DNA from: Podarcis gaigeae
Lineage: Eukaryota
DNA: 64,000 nucleotides
Direction: 5' to 3' (one strand)
NCBI GenBank assembly: GCA_964106915.2
Contig: OZ066916.1
Part shown: positions 50,201 through 63,498 of the stretch, in pieces
How the letters are laid out: each line of letters starts with the position of its first letter
Numbering within the stretch: the stretch's first letter is position 1
The notes under the pieces: generated by a model
Databases searched by the model: none
What the model was told of the DNA's origin: nothing
What the model saw: only the letters and a program-made list of their open reading frames with translations
Made by a program: the position numbers and the translations under genes

Positions 50201-53200
50201 TACAGAGTCCAGTGGAAAGAGACATAGTGATGAGATGGGTGATGGGGTGGGCAAAACTAGCAGACATATCTCTGCTCTCCCTCACAGTGGCATAGTGCCT
50301 GAAATGGGCCAGTATTTCCTGAAGAACCAGGTTTTAGGGTCTAGTTTCCTTCATTTAGGACTCCCACATACATCTATGTTTAAGGCCGCACTAGTGGATC
50401 ACAATTGCTTAATTGGTGCCATTTGGGGACTTTCTGTCTGATTATGAGCTACTATAATCTTATTATATCTGAATGCATTGCAAAACTGTCTTATGGGTCA
50501 TTTCAAAAGATTAAGTGATAGCCAAGGAGGTCGCTCTTTGTGTTTGTCTTATCAAAAGTTTAAGCAAACACAAACTATAAATCCTGGGTCAATAGGCTCA
50601 CTCTAATCCTCTAAGGTGCTACTGGAAAGATTTTATTTTGTTTCGACTACGGCAGACCAACACAGCTAGCTACCTGTAACTAGATCTAATCCTCCTCTTT
50701 ATCTTGTATTTCCACCTTTTTCCATTTCTTAAATAGCTCTCGCATACAGTGATATCGTAAGATGAATGCAAAGCACTCTTTGTGAAATGCCTTTTGTGTG
50801 ATGCACTAGAGAAGTTTAGTTAGATTTCAATGTATTTCTTTTATATTTATTATTAGCAATATTCATCATTCAGACCATGTGCCTTATTCCTGCTCACATG
50901 TGAAACGTTTGTAGATGATTGCTCAGATAAGGCTGTTCTATAATTGGGACCCTGTCGTTGGTCTCTGTCACTCCCAGTCAGTCCATAGCCTCAGCTGATT
51001 GCATTAATGTTTCATTTTCTGTGACTCACTGATGCACCTCTTTGTTCAAAGCAAAAGCTCACTACTTTTGTCCTCAATTATGTTAATTTTTAGATTCATC
51101 TTGATTTGCCTTATCTGTTTTCAGATGCAGTCAGTTGAAAATGATACACTGTCAGTGGGAGAGTAGAAAATGCCCCTTTATGCCCTGGAAAGATTCTCTG
51201 AGAATTTGAGCATTTTTATAATAATATGAAGTGTTCAACCCCAGTATTTCTGTTCACTTCCTCTGACTGACATCTTTCACATGAAGAGAAGGAGCACATG
51301 CCCACAGGTAGTTTTTATGTTAATGGCATTCTCTTTGATATTGCAATTTAACCCACTGAAAATTTCTCTCACCTGGCCATATGGCTTAGCTATACGTCCT
51401 TCCCACCATGTTGTCTCTAGTGCTTCAGAAGCCATAAGATCCTTGAAGACCTCACTGGGAAGAGGAAGTGCTTGCTCCTCTAGATAACTTCAGGTGCTAT
51501 GCATCTTTAGACAGTACCTGAAGTCAGCAAGAGGACAACCTTTCTGAGAAGACTCTGCAACCCCAGCCAGTGATCTCTAATTTAAGAGCTGGGTGCTATC
51601 AGCAAAACAAGATTAGAAAGCTTATAAAAAATTGAAAGACGGATCACACTCCAAAAATATGGCAGGGCATCGGACTTCAGCTTCAGCTGCATTTCTGGTC
51701 CCAATTCCATGCCTTCATCCTGAAATGTATTTTCCCTCTGCCATGAATTAATTCTTGGTTGTAGCTTTCTTTAAATACAAACAAAACAAAACAAAAAACC
51801 AGCCAGCTGCAGCCTCTGGCTGTGGAACTAGTTTTTTCTTACACTGTTCCTGATAGTGTGTGCAAAGGCTGCACACATGCACGCACGCACACGCGCGCGC
51901 ACACAGCCTCCGCCTCCAAAGGAAGTTCACTGTATCCTGCATTATGCCTGGATCACCCTCTTTCCTGTAGCCAACTATTTCTAACTGCCCAGTATTTCTT
52001 TTTGCAGTGCTTCCAGTAAGCAAATGTATCAGTAATATATTATGGGTAAGAGATACAGAATTACTTATGCTACTATTACATCTTTGAATCTAGGAACTTA
52101 AATATCCATATGCACTATACATATGTGGGTGGGCTTAAAGGATTCTCATTATTTTATACATCAGATTTCACCAGTCTGGTTTCCAGATTATTTGGACTAA
52201 ACTCCCATTAGATCCAGACAGCTTGGGACATGTTTGAAGCTTTATTTTCAACTTCTACAGATTCCATTCCATTCTGTCTACATCTTACCCATAGTGGTGG
52301 AAAAACACTGCTAGGAATAACTACAAATATTGGCGCAGTTGACAGGTATAGGTAAAATAATCTGTTTTTTACTCATTTTAAATCCAGATACAGAAACAGA
52401 CATGCATTCAGCATCTAAACTGTGTTTTGCCGTTTCTCAGAAGGAGAATAATTAATATGACCTACACTCTTAATAATGGAAATGTGGTTTCAGACTGCTA
52501 TACGTTGTCAGATCTGACATCTGAATTTTACATCTGCCACAGGATCACTGGGTTGCAGTACAGCACGGCACATATACTGGAGATAATAATAATGTCATTT
52601 GGCAGTGGTATGGCATGTTAATTGCATTGCACTATGCTGAAGTGAGGGCGACATTAAGGCTTATCAACACTCGCCCATGTTGAAGGCTCTAGTGTTTTCT
52701 TACAGATCACTGCAAACCATGTTAGACATTACCAGAAAAGAGTATTTCAGTTATCCTAGAGAAGCATGTCATATTTTAGCAATGAAACAACTTGCTTAGA
52801 AAGAGAAGCATAATGTGTCAACAAGATGGAATTCCACTTTCTACAGGCTAGAGTGCCCACTCAGTAGAAGAAAGCTATACATGATTACTGCCTAGAGCCT
52901 GTGGCATAATGCAAGCAACTCAGCATTTAGCAATAATGGAAAACGTCTGTCTCATTTTCATTCCCCTTGAAAAAAAAAAGTCACAACATGATGTTCTGAA
53001 ACAATTCTGCTGTGAGCCAGCTCTTTAATCTCAGCAATGTCCTCCAATGTTACCTTGCCCATAATAATATATTTATAGCACATTTTCTTAAGAGTGTGAG
53101 TTGGAACAAAATGAATAAGGGGTAGAGAATCCAAAGCACAAGGAAAGAGAAATCTCTTTTATTTTACTGCTTGAGAATTGATATCCTTGTTATTTGTGCT

Positions 53201-53321
53201 TTAAAGACTTATAAATGGGCTAAGGAATTCTTGCCCCACACTTAAACATACTTAAACATTAGCATTACCCCACAGAGGATGGTGATGATGGTACTATTAC
53301 TATGACTAACAACAACAACGA

Positions 53322-53363
53322 GCTGGGATGGATGAGCTAACTGTTAGGTGGATTGGTAACTGG
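53322..53363 (+). mobile_element. Tiny CR1 reverse-transcriptase remnant
   Basis: Translates AGMDELTVRWIGNW, similar to the recalled CR1 motif GLDExTVRWIxNW; very short. Confidence 0.4.
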
Positions 53364-55736
53364 GTTACTTTTGAAAATTGCTTTTATTCTCTAGATAAGT
53401 ACTGTAAGCAGATTTGAAGCAAGATTCGAGAAATGGGCCAACAAATGAATTGAGCAGTCTCACTATTGGGATGGATCTATCTATTTCCAGGCCATGTCAA
53501 TTTTGCATGTGTTCATTCACAAGTCAAATCCATTCCAACGTTAATCTGCACTTAAATACGTATTTTTACTACAAAGTATGTACAAAACCAATTTTTATCC
53601 CAACATATACATGCATTTTATCCTAAAACGTACATTCTTAATAAATTTGGGTAATTTTCTGATTCAAGAAATATATCACAAGTTCAGAGAAGCATGAAAT
53701 CTAAAGGATAATTATGAATTCATCAGCACATTTGTCCAGGAGACGTGGATCAGATCAGTTTGCATTTGGAATTCACAAAAATGGAATCACTGTGCATAGA
53801 AATATACCTAGATATTGTGTTGGATGTTGACTGCATACAATCCAGAGATGCAATTTTCTCTTATTGCATTGCAGCAGCAGCACCTGCCAGCATCAAGAAC
53901 ACTCCACAGGTCTCCAAGAATCTTATTTAATCTCTTGTTTTACACTTGCATTCCATAGCAACAAATTAAAATTAGTACTGTGAATACTGATAGGAGCGTG
54001 AGCTACACATCTACCTGATAAAATAGCATTTGTAATAGGCAGACCATGTAGACCTTGATACTCAGGCCTAACCTTATCAGGAATGGAACTTCTTCCCCTT
54101 TGAACAGTAAACATCCTTTTGATATATAGCAAGCAATATGCTAGTCTAGTACAAAACAAGACAAAGGTGCTTTATTTATTGAGCTCTCATGAGCCTTGAT
54201 TACTCCAGCTTTTTCAGCAGTCAGGCTAGGTGGCACAGAGTGTAACAGCTTCCATATTTTCTTGCTGGTTTCCCGTGTTAAAGACGTCAGTGCCTAACAT
54301 CTCAGCTATGAAAGCGAGAAAGATTGGCCTGATGAATAGCAATGAAGGCGGAAGAACAATGCGTAATGGTAATCCCTTGGGAAATCAAATTATTGTTTTT
54401 ATGAGTGAAAATAAAAAGGATTAGCCAACAGCAAAGCCAGGAAATCACTCTCAGGTATGCGGCATGCAAAATATATATTTTCAAAACTAAATCTGAGTCC
54501 AAATGAACCTTATAGAGGATACACATTGTCTAATATCATCTTCCTAAATATATATTCAGCAGCTCCACAAGGGTAAAGGGTAACACAATGGGGGGGGGGT
54601 CACTTAAATAGGGCTATCATACATCCCTTACAACAAAGAACATTATATTAGGAATATGTTTGTTATCCCTGAATGCAACACCTGTGTCTAATGGCTCAGT
54701 TTGAACTCTAAGGTAAACTGTGGCTTAGCACAAAAGCAGAGAGATTGTGGCTGCTTCGCTTCTCCTACAGTTCTGCTGCGGAGAGCAAAGCCATGGTTTG
54801 TCTCCTTCAGCTTTCCCTTGTTCCCAAGTAGGGAATATGAGATGAGCATGTTTGGAATTTCCCACCATTTAAAAGTGACATGCCACACACACAAATGTTT
54901 GCTTATGAGAAAGCCAAGCCCAAGATAAAAACCTTGACATGCTCGTTTTCCATGAACAGAGACTCTGATGCTGAGGAGTATTCAATAATGCAACTCCACC
55001 CATCCTGAAGTGGCTGGATCATCTTCCCCCACTAAATGCTTGGGTTAGGTTTAAGATGTTGGTTACTCCTGAGATAAAGAGCCAAAAGCAGCTATCTAAA
55101 GGGTCTGCTGCATAGCCACATTGTTCTTACTTCATAAATGGAGGGTGCTGCTGTCTGACATGAGCTATTGCTAATGAAACAAGGAAAGAGGCAGAGGCAA
55201 TCTCTCTGTTTGGTTTGGACAACATTTATTTAAAACGAGCTTTCATTTGGCACTGTCATGTTATCTGCATTATTCTTCATCGATCTGCTCAAAACACACG
55301 GCATCATTTTACTTACTTGACTCTTTCGCACCCTGCCCCTCCCCAGACCTGTTTAAATAGAGTGCTGCTTATAACAAATCCTTTGGCTCCAGAACCTTTA
55401 CCGTTTTGCTGACTGCTGGGAGTTTTAAAGAGAGTCAAAGCTCTTGGCTTGTCATTTGCACAGCCCCACTCTTCACTGTAACTACTTAGATCAGCAACTT
55501 CACAAACCAATTAAAGCAAAGCATTCTGGGACAGACATACTCTACATGACAAAGTGGTCATTTCTGCGCTGCAGCAGTGAATTATTATTATTATTTATTG
55601 GGATCTGCTCATTCTGCCACGAAGAGCAGCTCAGAGTCACCAGTGAGACAGAGAAATTTAGATACCCCCCCTCCACCCCTCCTTTACTTCACAACTTTAA
55701 CTGATAATCATAGAACTACTGGGATTTTTTCCTTAC

Positions 55737-55886
55737 CCCACAGCCCATTCCATTGCTTGGCTCACAAACTATCTTTCTGACTTCTGGTTCAGGAAGCAGA
55801 CCAGCTCCACATCCTGGGGTAGGACATAGGACGCCACCCATCTGCAAAACACACTCTTCTGCACCATAGCACTGGTAACGATTGTA
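55737..55886 (-). CDS. PRKN: Parkin coding exon, orthologous to human PRKN exon 9 (RING1-IBR helix and IBR zinc site 1)
   Basis: ttctcctttgcag|TACAAT...TGTGGG|gtaagg; 150 bp, phase 0-0, in frame with the upstream exon. Translates [50 protein letters not shown] versus human [50 protein letters not shown]. Zinc ligands C332, C337, C352 and C360 are conserved. Confidence 0.98.
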
Positions 55887-56144
55887 CTGCAAAGGAGAAA
55901 AAAAATTGTGCTGCTTTATCAGCATTTAAACATTTCAAACATACCTTCTACTAATTTATCCAGTTAACCAGAGGCTAAAAACCACCTTGCTGCATATGAG
56001 TGGTAAAGAGTTTCTGAGCCCATCACAAGTAGGATTTGGAGTTCACAGAAGTCCTTTTGCCTCTTTCCTGCTAGCTGTGCAGTTTCTGTTTCTGCAGCAG
56101 TCCAGAAGCTTTTGCTTCTTTCTTAGATGAACCATTGCTTGCTG

Positions 56145-56615
56145 CAGGCTCTGTTCACACATGAGAAGTCAAACCATGGCTTACTGCAAACACACAAATG
56201 TGCAGGCTCCCACAGTTCCCTGATGCTGTGTTCCCTCTCAGTTCTTTTAGCTCAGCGGCACTGCATGGAAACCAAGCCAAGGTGTGTTGTCTGAACATAG
56301 GATCATTGTGAAGCTCTTTCCTCTGTTACTAATACCTGTAATCAAGGTTTGGCTTACTGTGCTGTGCAAACTGGGACATGTAGTCAAAACCTGGAAAAAC
56401 TGTGGTTAATCTTAACTATGGTTAGCTGAAACTACCTAGCTCTGACCCATAGTTTATGAGGCTGGTTTATTCCAACTAACCACAGTTTTGGGTTCAGGGG
56501 ACATGCTAAACTACAGTTAATCTAAAGTGAAAGTAGAAGCTTCTGATTCCCTCTTTATGGCCACAGCAAAGCAGAAGAGGGAGCTCATAGTTTAGAATTA
56601 TATCAGAACACAGCC
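56145..56615. mobile_element. Old palindromic DNA-transposon-derived repeats rich in AACCATGGTT/AACTATGGTT-like units (similar near 8965-9180 and 54690-54890)
   Basis: Recurrent degenerate AACYAYRGYT motifs; boundaries uncertain. Confidence 0.4.
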
Positions 56616-57198
56616 ATGCTATCCCTCTTGAACAGAAAGGCTGATAATCACAGCTACCCCAGCTCTGCAATGCCTCCCATGCTTTGACAGAGCAGAAAGA
56701 GTATGGTTAAAGGTGGGGAGATAGTGTAAGTCTATCTCAAACACATCTGAAAGTCTGCGCCACACATGCTGAAGCTAAAGAGCTGCCAAAATTTCTGTTA
56801 TCATTCTGCACCTGAAGTAAAAAGCTTCCAGTGTGATATAAAGGGCATTGCTGTTTTGTTTTTTTAATTTTCATGTACAAACAATACTTTAAAAAATAAT
56901 CAATTCTGCTTTTGTAAGTTATAAGCAAGAAAATTGATTTACTGGGTTTGATTTGGAGGGAAAGTTGTATTTTGTCAGGGAATTTCACATTTTCTACTGG
57001 CTCAGTAGAGAAATCATGCCAAATCATTAAACTAATATTGCACTGTCAAGATTTTTTTTTTAAAAAAAATTGTGCTACCCAAGGCAACTAAATAGGTGCA
57101 TCTGAAAAGAGAAGATCCTGCTAAATGCATTCACACGTTTTACTATCAAGTGATCGAGCTGTCTCCTGCCTTTGAATCTGAAGTATGTTTTCAAGGTT

Positions 57199-57440
57199 CA
57201 GTGGTACCTCGGGTTACAGACGCTTCAGGTTACAGATGCTTCAGGTTACAGACTCTGCTAACCCAGAAATAGTACCTCGGGTTAAGAACTTTGCTTCAGG
57301 ATGAGAACAGAAATCGTGCTCCGGCGGCACGGCAGCAGCAGGAGGCCCCATTAGCTAAAGTGGTACCTCAGGTTAAGAACAGTTTCAGGTTAAGAACGGA
57401 CCTCCGGAACAAATTAAGTTATTAACCCGAGGTACCACTG
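57199..57440 (-). mobile_element. Tc1/mariner MITE, 242 bp, inverted copy of 29711-29952
   Basis: TIRs CAGTGGTACCTCGGGTTA / TAACCCGAGGTACCACTG; TA on the right, TT on the left. Confidence 0.92.
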
Positions 57441-57963
57441 TACCTCTTTTTCATTTTGCTCCCTTTTAATTCCTCCCCGCCCCCGCCCAAATATTATGTA
57501 GTCTTGTCTGAACCAGCGTATCACTGTAAGAAACAGCTGTACTGTTGTGAAATAAGCTACTTTCAAACGGGTTGAATAATTCACGCTTCCAATCATACCT
57601 CCTTGCCTTAAAGGGACATTAAATAATAATTTTTGAGATTGAATGTTCAAAAACAGTCCCATGTAAGCATGCACAGCATGGCAGTTGTTTTTTATTTGTT
57701 TGTTTGTTTGTTTGTTTGTTTATCATCATCATCACCCTCCCTTTTCCTCCGGTGGGATTCAAGGCGGCTTACAAATAAAAATAAGAACTGCTGAAAACAG
57801 AGACAGGAAATTATTTACAATTGGCACATAACAGTAACACTGGTACAGCTTTGTTAGCAACATAATTATACATAGACACATACATCCTAATCTAGTATCT
57901 CTTAGGTTGTTCTCCAAAAGAGGCGGGCAGGTCAGCCCCTATCTGCTTGGATTCCGACAGCCT

Positions 57964-57966
<3 letters not shown>

Positions 57967-58004
<38 letters not shown>

Positions 58005-58310
58005 TTATTTATACCCCTCCCATCTGCCTGGGTTTCCCTAGCCACTCTGGGAGGCTCCCAACCGAATATTAAAAACACAATACAGCATTAAACATTTAAA
58101 ACATCCCTAAACAGGGCTGCCTTCAGATGTCTTTTAAAAGTAAGATAATTGCTTATTGCCTTGACATCTGATGGGAGGGCATTTCACAGGGCAGGCGGCA
58201 CTACCTGGTTCCCTGTGCCCTCACTCCTTGGAGTGAGGGAACAGCCAGAAGGCCCTCAGAGCTGGACCTCAGTGTCGGTGCTGAACGATGGCGGTGGAGA
58301 TGCTCCTTGA
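57967..58310 (-). mobile_element. L2 LINE 3' end with (TTA)n tail
   Basis: (AAT)n run followed by TTTATTTATACCCC...CTAAACAGGGCTGCCTTCAGATGTCTTTTAAA...GGGAGGGCATTTCACAGG; the minus frame reads LRSSSEGLLAVP. Confidence 0.8.
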
Positions 58311-61300
58311 AAGGGAGGGTGGCATTTTGGAATTCCCACATTATAAAAATAAATAAATTACGCAACTGGAAAAAAAAATCAGGAGGAAGATTCCACCCCA
58401 TCTCATTATTTGTTGTGCTTATCTTGTACTTGCAGGAGTTGTGTTTTTGTTTTAATGCAAGGGAGCTTGTAAAATTGTGGCACACCCACCCACCTGTAGT
58501 TGAAAATAGTACATTCCATTCACCACCTCTACATACAACCACATTATTTCCAACTTATTATGCTGCATGTGCAGATCAGGATTTAAATAAAGCAGGGAGG
58601 TGTAGACTGAACTGACCATAATTCCCAAATTGGAAAGAAGGGGAGAAACTGGAAAATATCTCTAGATCCTACTCCCTATACATTCAAATAATCAGAAGCA
58701 AGATACTTACAAAATGGAAGCAACACAGTCATATCTGTTGTACCACTTTCACTTTCCCTACACTTCTCTGAATTAACCCATTGACAAACCAATAGGGTAG
58801 AAAAGCTCAAAATCCAAAATACCATAAAGCTCACGCACCTGCAAGGATTCCTGAAAGGTCTTCATTTATAAGCTTGAACTTTCAAAAACCCTCTCTTAAA
58901 GAGTGAAAGATATATTTGAGAAATTGGCTGCTGCATATTTTGTTGGTCCAGATGAATCACTGGCAGTGCAATATCTAAAGTATGCCCCACACATATCAAT
59001 TGGATTTACCACCATGAAAGTGTGTGTTGAATTGCAGCCTCAATGTTGAAAACTACTCTTTTGTAAAATAAGTTAAGTGGGACAGGCTTTTACTCACTGT
59101 AAACATAACTGGAGCAAATTGGAATATTTTAGTAAAAAGATAATTTTGCTTAAAGGGTCATGGGAACATTTGCTACATTTATAATTTATTCAACTCACTA
59201 AGAATATTTAAATCATATCTGCACAAAGCTTTGAGAATATATTCTGCCTTTATTGTTCACAAAAAGGAGATCCAAAGTCACTAAGTCCACTCAAAGGAAC
59301 CAGATAAAGGAAGGAAAAAGAATGGGAAAGGAGTTTGGATATCAGTAACAGCACATCTTACAAAGAACGGCATATCTCAAAGGCAAGGGAAACACATTTA
59401 TTGCTCTTCTCCAAAAACATGGTGTCACTGTCCCAAATTATTTCAAGACGTAATCTGGATGATAATAAGGACCCCCATGCCCATAATGAAAGAAAACTCT
59501 CAGATATAGTTCAGGAGTAGTGAACCTTTTTTGACCCAAGAGCTACATTACCCTCCTGGAAAGCTGCTGTGAGTCACCTAGTAGTGGATGAGGCCAGTCT
59601 CCAACCACAGAAACACACAATCTCTCTCTCTTTCTCCCTCTTTCCTTCCCACCCTCTCTCTGACACACACACACAAACACACACTCACTCCTGAAAATTG
59701 AAGCACATATTTCATTCCTCATAATACCACACAACTTCACTTTCCATTTTCTCCATAGACTTTAAGAAAAAAGTTGGGCTCTCCAACATCCCTTATTTGT
59801 TCTGACTGTACAAAAGGCAAACGTAGCTTAGTAATTCTAGCAGAATTAACACAAATAAGGTCAATTCACAGTTGAACTTTGAGTCCTGCCTTACAGCTAT
59901 TTAAGGCCTCAAACTTCAAAATGCAATTGCATGCTGAAGCTTGCAAGGATGCAATCGCAAAACAAATGACTACTTTTTGCATATTTGGAAAAACACACAT
60001 CTACCTCTGGGCTGAGACCTTTCCCCCACATGCTTTATTCTTCTTTTATCAGGTATTCCTGCAGAGGAAAGAGGTACAACTATGCACAACATCAAAGTCC
60101 CTTCTCCTAACAACTGCTCCCCACTGAACAGCTGGTGGTTGGAAGGAAGCCCAGGGGCCAGATGAAATAGCATATACTGTACTCTGATACTAATAGTGCT
60201 CAGTGACCAAATACCTCATCCAAGAGATCATTATCATCGTGTGGGATAGTTTCTGCCTCACCTTTTGCATGCATGCAAGGAAGGGTTCAGCTGAGCAAGC
60301 ACCTTCGGCAAGTCCTTTGGTTATGAACTTATTCACTTGGGAAGAACTTAGAGGCACGTTGCAAGCTTTGTTCTCTCCCAGGTTAGTCCACTTTCTTTCT
60401 TTTGGAAGAATGTAGATTCAAGAGCAGGGGCTACTACTGGCTTCCTGCTCCCAAAACACCACCTTGTAAATCTTCCCAACTAGGAGATACACACAACCTG
60501 TTTTCCTTCATGTCTGGTTCCTGACATAGGAACTTCCTGACAAAGGACACACAGCTTTGGGCAGGACAGTTAAGGATGGCTGTTACTTTCCTCCCCTGGG
60601 GTTTGCTCTTAATTGGAGAGTACCTGTTCATGGGGTTGTTTTTTCTTGAAAACTATTTTTGGAACCTCCTTTTGAATCTTTCTGCCGACTGGATGGACAC
60701 CTGTTTAAAACCTCATTTTTGTGACCCCTGATGTATTGGGTGTAAACTATTTTACTTCTTTATAAAGCAAAGAGTATGTGATTTAGTTTTGGCTAAGTCT
60801 TTTGTGGGGAACACATGTTAAAAGGTGGATGTGAGTGGATACAATGTAGGCCTCTCTGTCCAAGTTTTTAAACCCCTTGAGGCAACCAGATGTTGTACAG
60901 CCATTCAGCAAAAGGAAGACAAATGGATCGGTTAGATTTCCTAACATCTCTCCCCAAATCTCTCTCTCAATGCATAGATGCTAAGATGCTATTCTTAATC
61001 ATAAATTTAAGGTGGGCATGCATTCTGCAAGCCCAATCCTGAAAAAAGCAGTTCAGTTCCTTCCAAATGTAGACTGATTTTATAAAGGCATTCAAAGGGT
61101 ACAGAATCTGCCCGCTGTAGCTCTGAATTTTTAAAAAGGGAAATGCATGTGTGTATCTCACTTAATCAGCCTTTGCTGTGACTCGGCCTGAAAGCTGACC
61201 TATAGTGAGGGCAGTAACCAGATTTTCAAAAATGGCAGAAATACAATCCTAATCCAAGCATAAGGAGATCACACCAAGCAAGAATATGTCTTCAGTTTAA

Positions 61301-61463
61301 GCAGACCTCATTCCCCTGTTTGTCTGTCTGCCATTTTACACTGCCTGTTTACTGCAGCAGCCCAGAGTTGAAAAACTGTGGCAGATAGCAGATGTACCAA
61401 TTAATAACTTGTCAAGGCTGATGGATAGAATGAAAAAAAGCCTCTTACACACAAACATATATA

Positions 61464-61486
61464 GTGTGTGTGTGTGTGTGTGTGTG
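61464..61486. repeat. (TG)n microsatellite
   Basis: Direct reading. Confidence 0.95.
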
Positions 61487-61619
61487 TTTGCGTGTGCCCC
61501 ATTCCAATTTCAGGGCACAGAGAGGGTCATGAGACACATGGTGCTTCCCCAGAGAGAGACGAAGCTGTCTCATTAGCGTCTATCTTTCATGACACCATGA
61601 CGCTGCCTTTCAGATGTTA

Positions 61620-61724
<105 letters not shown>

Positions 61725-62400
61725 TTATTTTCATGGGCTCTGGGAGTGTGATATACTGCGAGGAGACACAGAGATGTAGCATCAGAGATGGATACCCAGC
61801 TTAAGTAGCATCGTAAAATGTTATTGAAAACTGGAGTAGATATACAGTATTAGCCGACAATCCTGCTATACCATATTTCAGAACTTGCTAGGAATGCTTT
61901 GAAGGATTGTAGTCTTCATCTTTATAGTCTGGCCTTCTCTCCGTGGTATGATGAGAAAGCAAGAGATTAGCAAGGGAGAACTTTCTGTAGGGTATTATCT
62001 TTTTTTAACAACAACAACCAGCAACATGGCTTATGAATGAGAGGGACTCAGGTATAAACATCATGGGAGCTTTGAGATGGTTAAGCTTACTACCAACGAG
62101 GACTTATCTTTAATAAGAAAATTCATTTGTTTTCTTTTTATTCACATCTGCTAGAGTCGGGTGAATGGGGATGGCATTTGGCAACCCCTGGAAACACCCT
62201 TTTTCATCTCATGGGACTGCTGCTTGTGGAAAGACCACGTGTATTTGTAGGGCCAGCGCCACACTTGGAGGCCCTTGGCATGGTCCCAACCCAACCTGGG
62301 CCCGCCTTGTGGTGGCTGCGGTATGGCGTGGCATGCGTTCTCTGCTCCTGCTGCTGCTTTGGCAATAGTGGTGCCACTCACTGCCCTCCATAGTGTCACC

Positions 62401-62547
62401 CAGTGGTGTAGCGTGGGTTGTCAGCACCCGGGGCAAGGCAAGTAATTTGCACCCCCTAACCCATGGATTTGCACCCCCTAACCCTAACCCCCAGATGTTG
62501 CGCCCGGTGCGGCCGGGCCCCCCTGCACCCCCCACGCTACGCCACTG
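62401..62547. mobile_element. hAT (Tip100-like) MITE, 147 bp
   Basis: 17-bp TIRs CAGTGGTGTAGCGTGGG / CCCACGCTACGCCACTG (1 mismatch); perfect 8-bp TSD GTGTCACC (62393-62400, 62548-62555). Confidence 0.9.
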
Positions 62548-63436
62548 GTGTCACCAAGCACATGTCAGCAGTTAACAGGAAGCAGCACTGTTAAATGGGG
62601 GCTAAGCTTGACTCCCATCTATGGTGGCCACACCCCATCTCACTACCCAAAATGCAATGTCCAGGGCACTACATTTTGACTGACTAATAATGGTAGGGGG
62701 GCTGCCATGGATGAGTGCTGAGCTTGGCTCCCCTTAAAAAGTGCCCCACCACTGAAAAGCATCTGGAGGCCTGAAGGGCAGGGCAGGGAGTGATGCCATC
62801 AGTGCCCTGGGCACCCATAACCAGTGTCCAACAATATATTATCTACATACACACACAAACAGAATTCATTTCCCCCCGAAAAAATCAAGAGTGACCTATT
62901 TATACAGAGTGATAGCTCTCCAGGATTTGGGGGAATGGTTTACTCTCAGATTATAAATTTTGAAGGAAGTGTTAAAGATGTAACCACTCTGGAAAGTTAA
63001 AAGAAGAACACATTGTCATGAAATACTCTGCTTTTCCCAGGCACAGTCCACGTTTAAAGTTCTGTTTTCAAGTGCCCTTACCTCCTGCCCAGTTTTTCCT
63101 ATGAAAATTTGCTCTTTAAAGCTCAATCTGAGCAAACATTAATCTGCAGAAAACCCAAATTGACCTTTGTTCCAATTCAGCTTTTAAGAGCAAGTTTTCA
63201 CAGGGAAAGCTTGGGACAAACCAACAAAACATTCAAACATGGAGTGTTAAACCATGTATCTTTGCTTGGAAAGAGTAGGGCAAGAGGTTCAATGTTATAC
63301 CAACTAAAGGTTAAATAAAAACCCTTTTGTTTCATGATGAACCATGAATGCCAAAGCTTAAGAGGGAAAATCTGCAGCCCTAGCACTCACATCCATTTTT
63401 CATGGCCTGCACTAATGGTTAATTACCAGTCTTTCA

Positions 63437-63437
<1 letters not shown>

Positions 63438-63494
<57 letters not shown>
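63438..63494. repeat. (TC)n microsatellite, about 28 units
   Basis: Direct reading. Confidence 0.97.

Positions 63495-63498
<4 letters not shown>

Larger units (their letters stand above)
1..55736 (-). other. PRKN: PRKN intron 9 equivalent (partial, at least 55.7 kb)
   Basis: Starts with a GTAAGG donor at 55736. No exon-10-like sequence (FxFCRECKExYHEGEC) was found by eye. PRKN is known for giant introns. Confidence 0.8.

Noticed and set aside
55716-55925. ORF-track boundaries (69 aa) for the parkin segment
   Set aside because: The ORF runs into intron on both sides; splice sites define 55737-55886.
60355-60845. Possible solo LTR
   Set aside because: Composition is suggestive, but I could not define TG...CA ends with a matching TSD.
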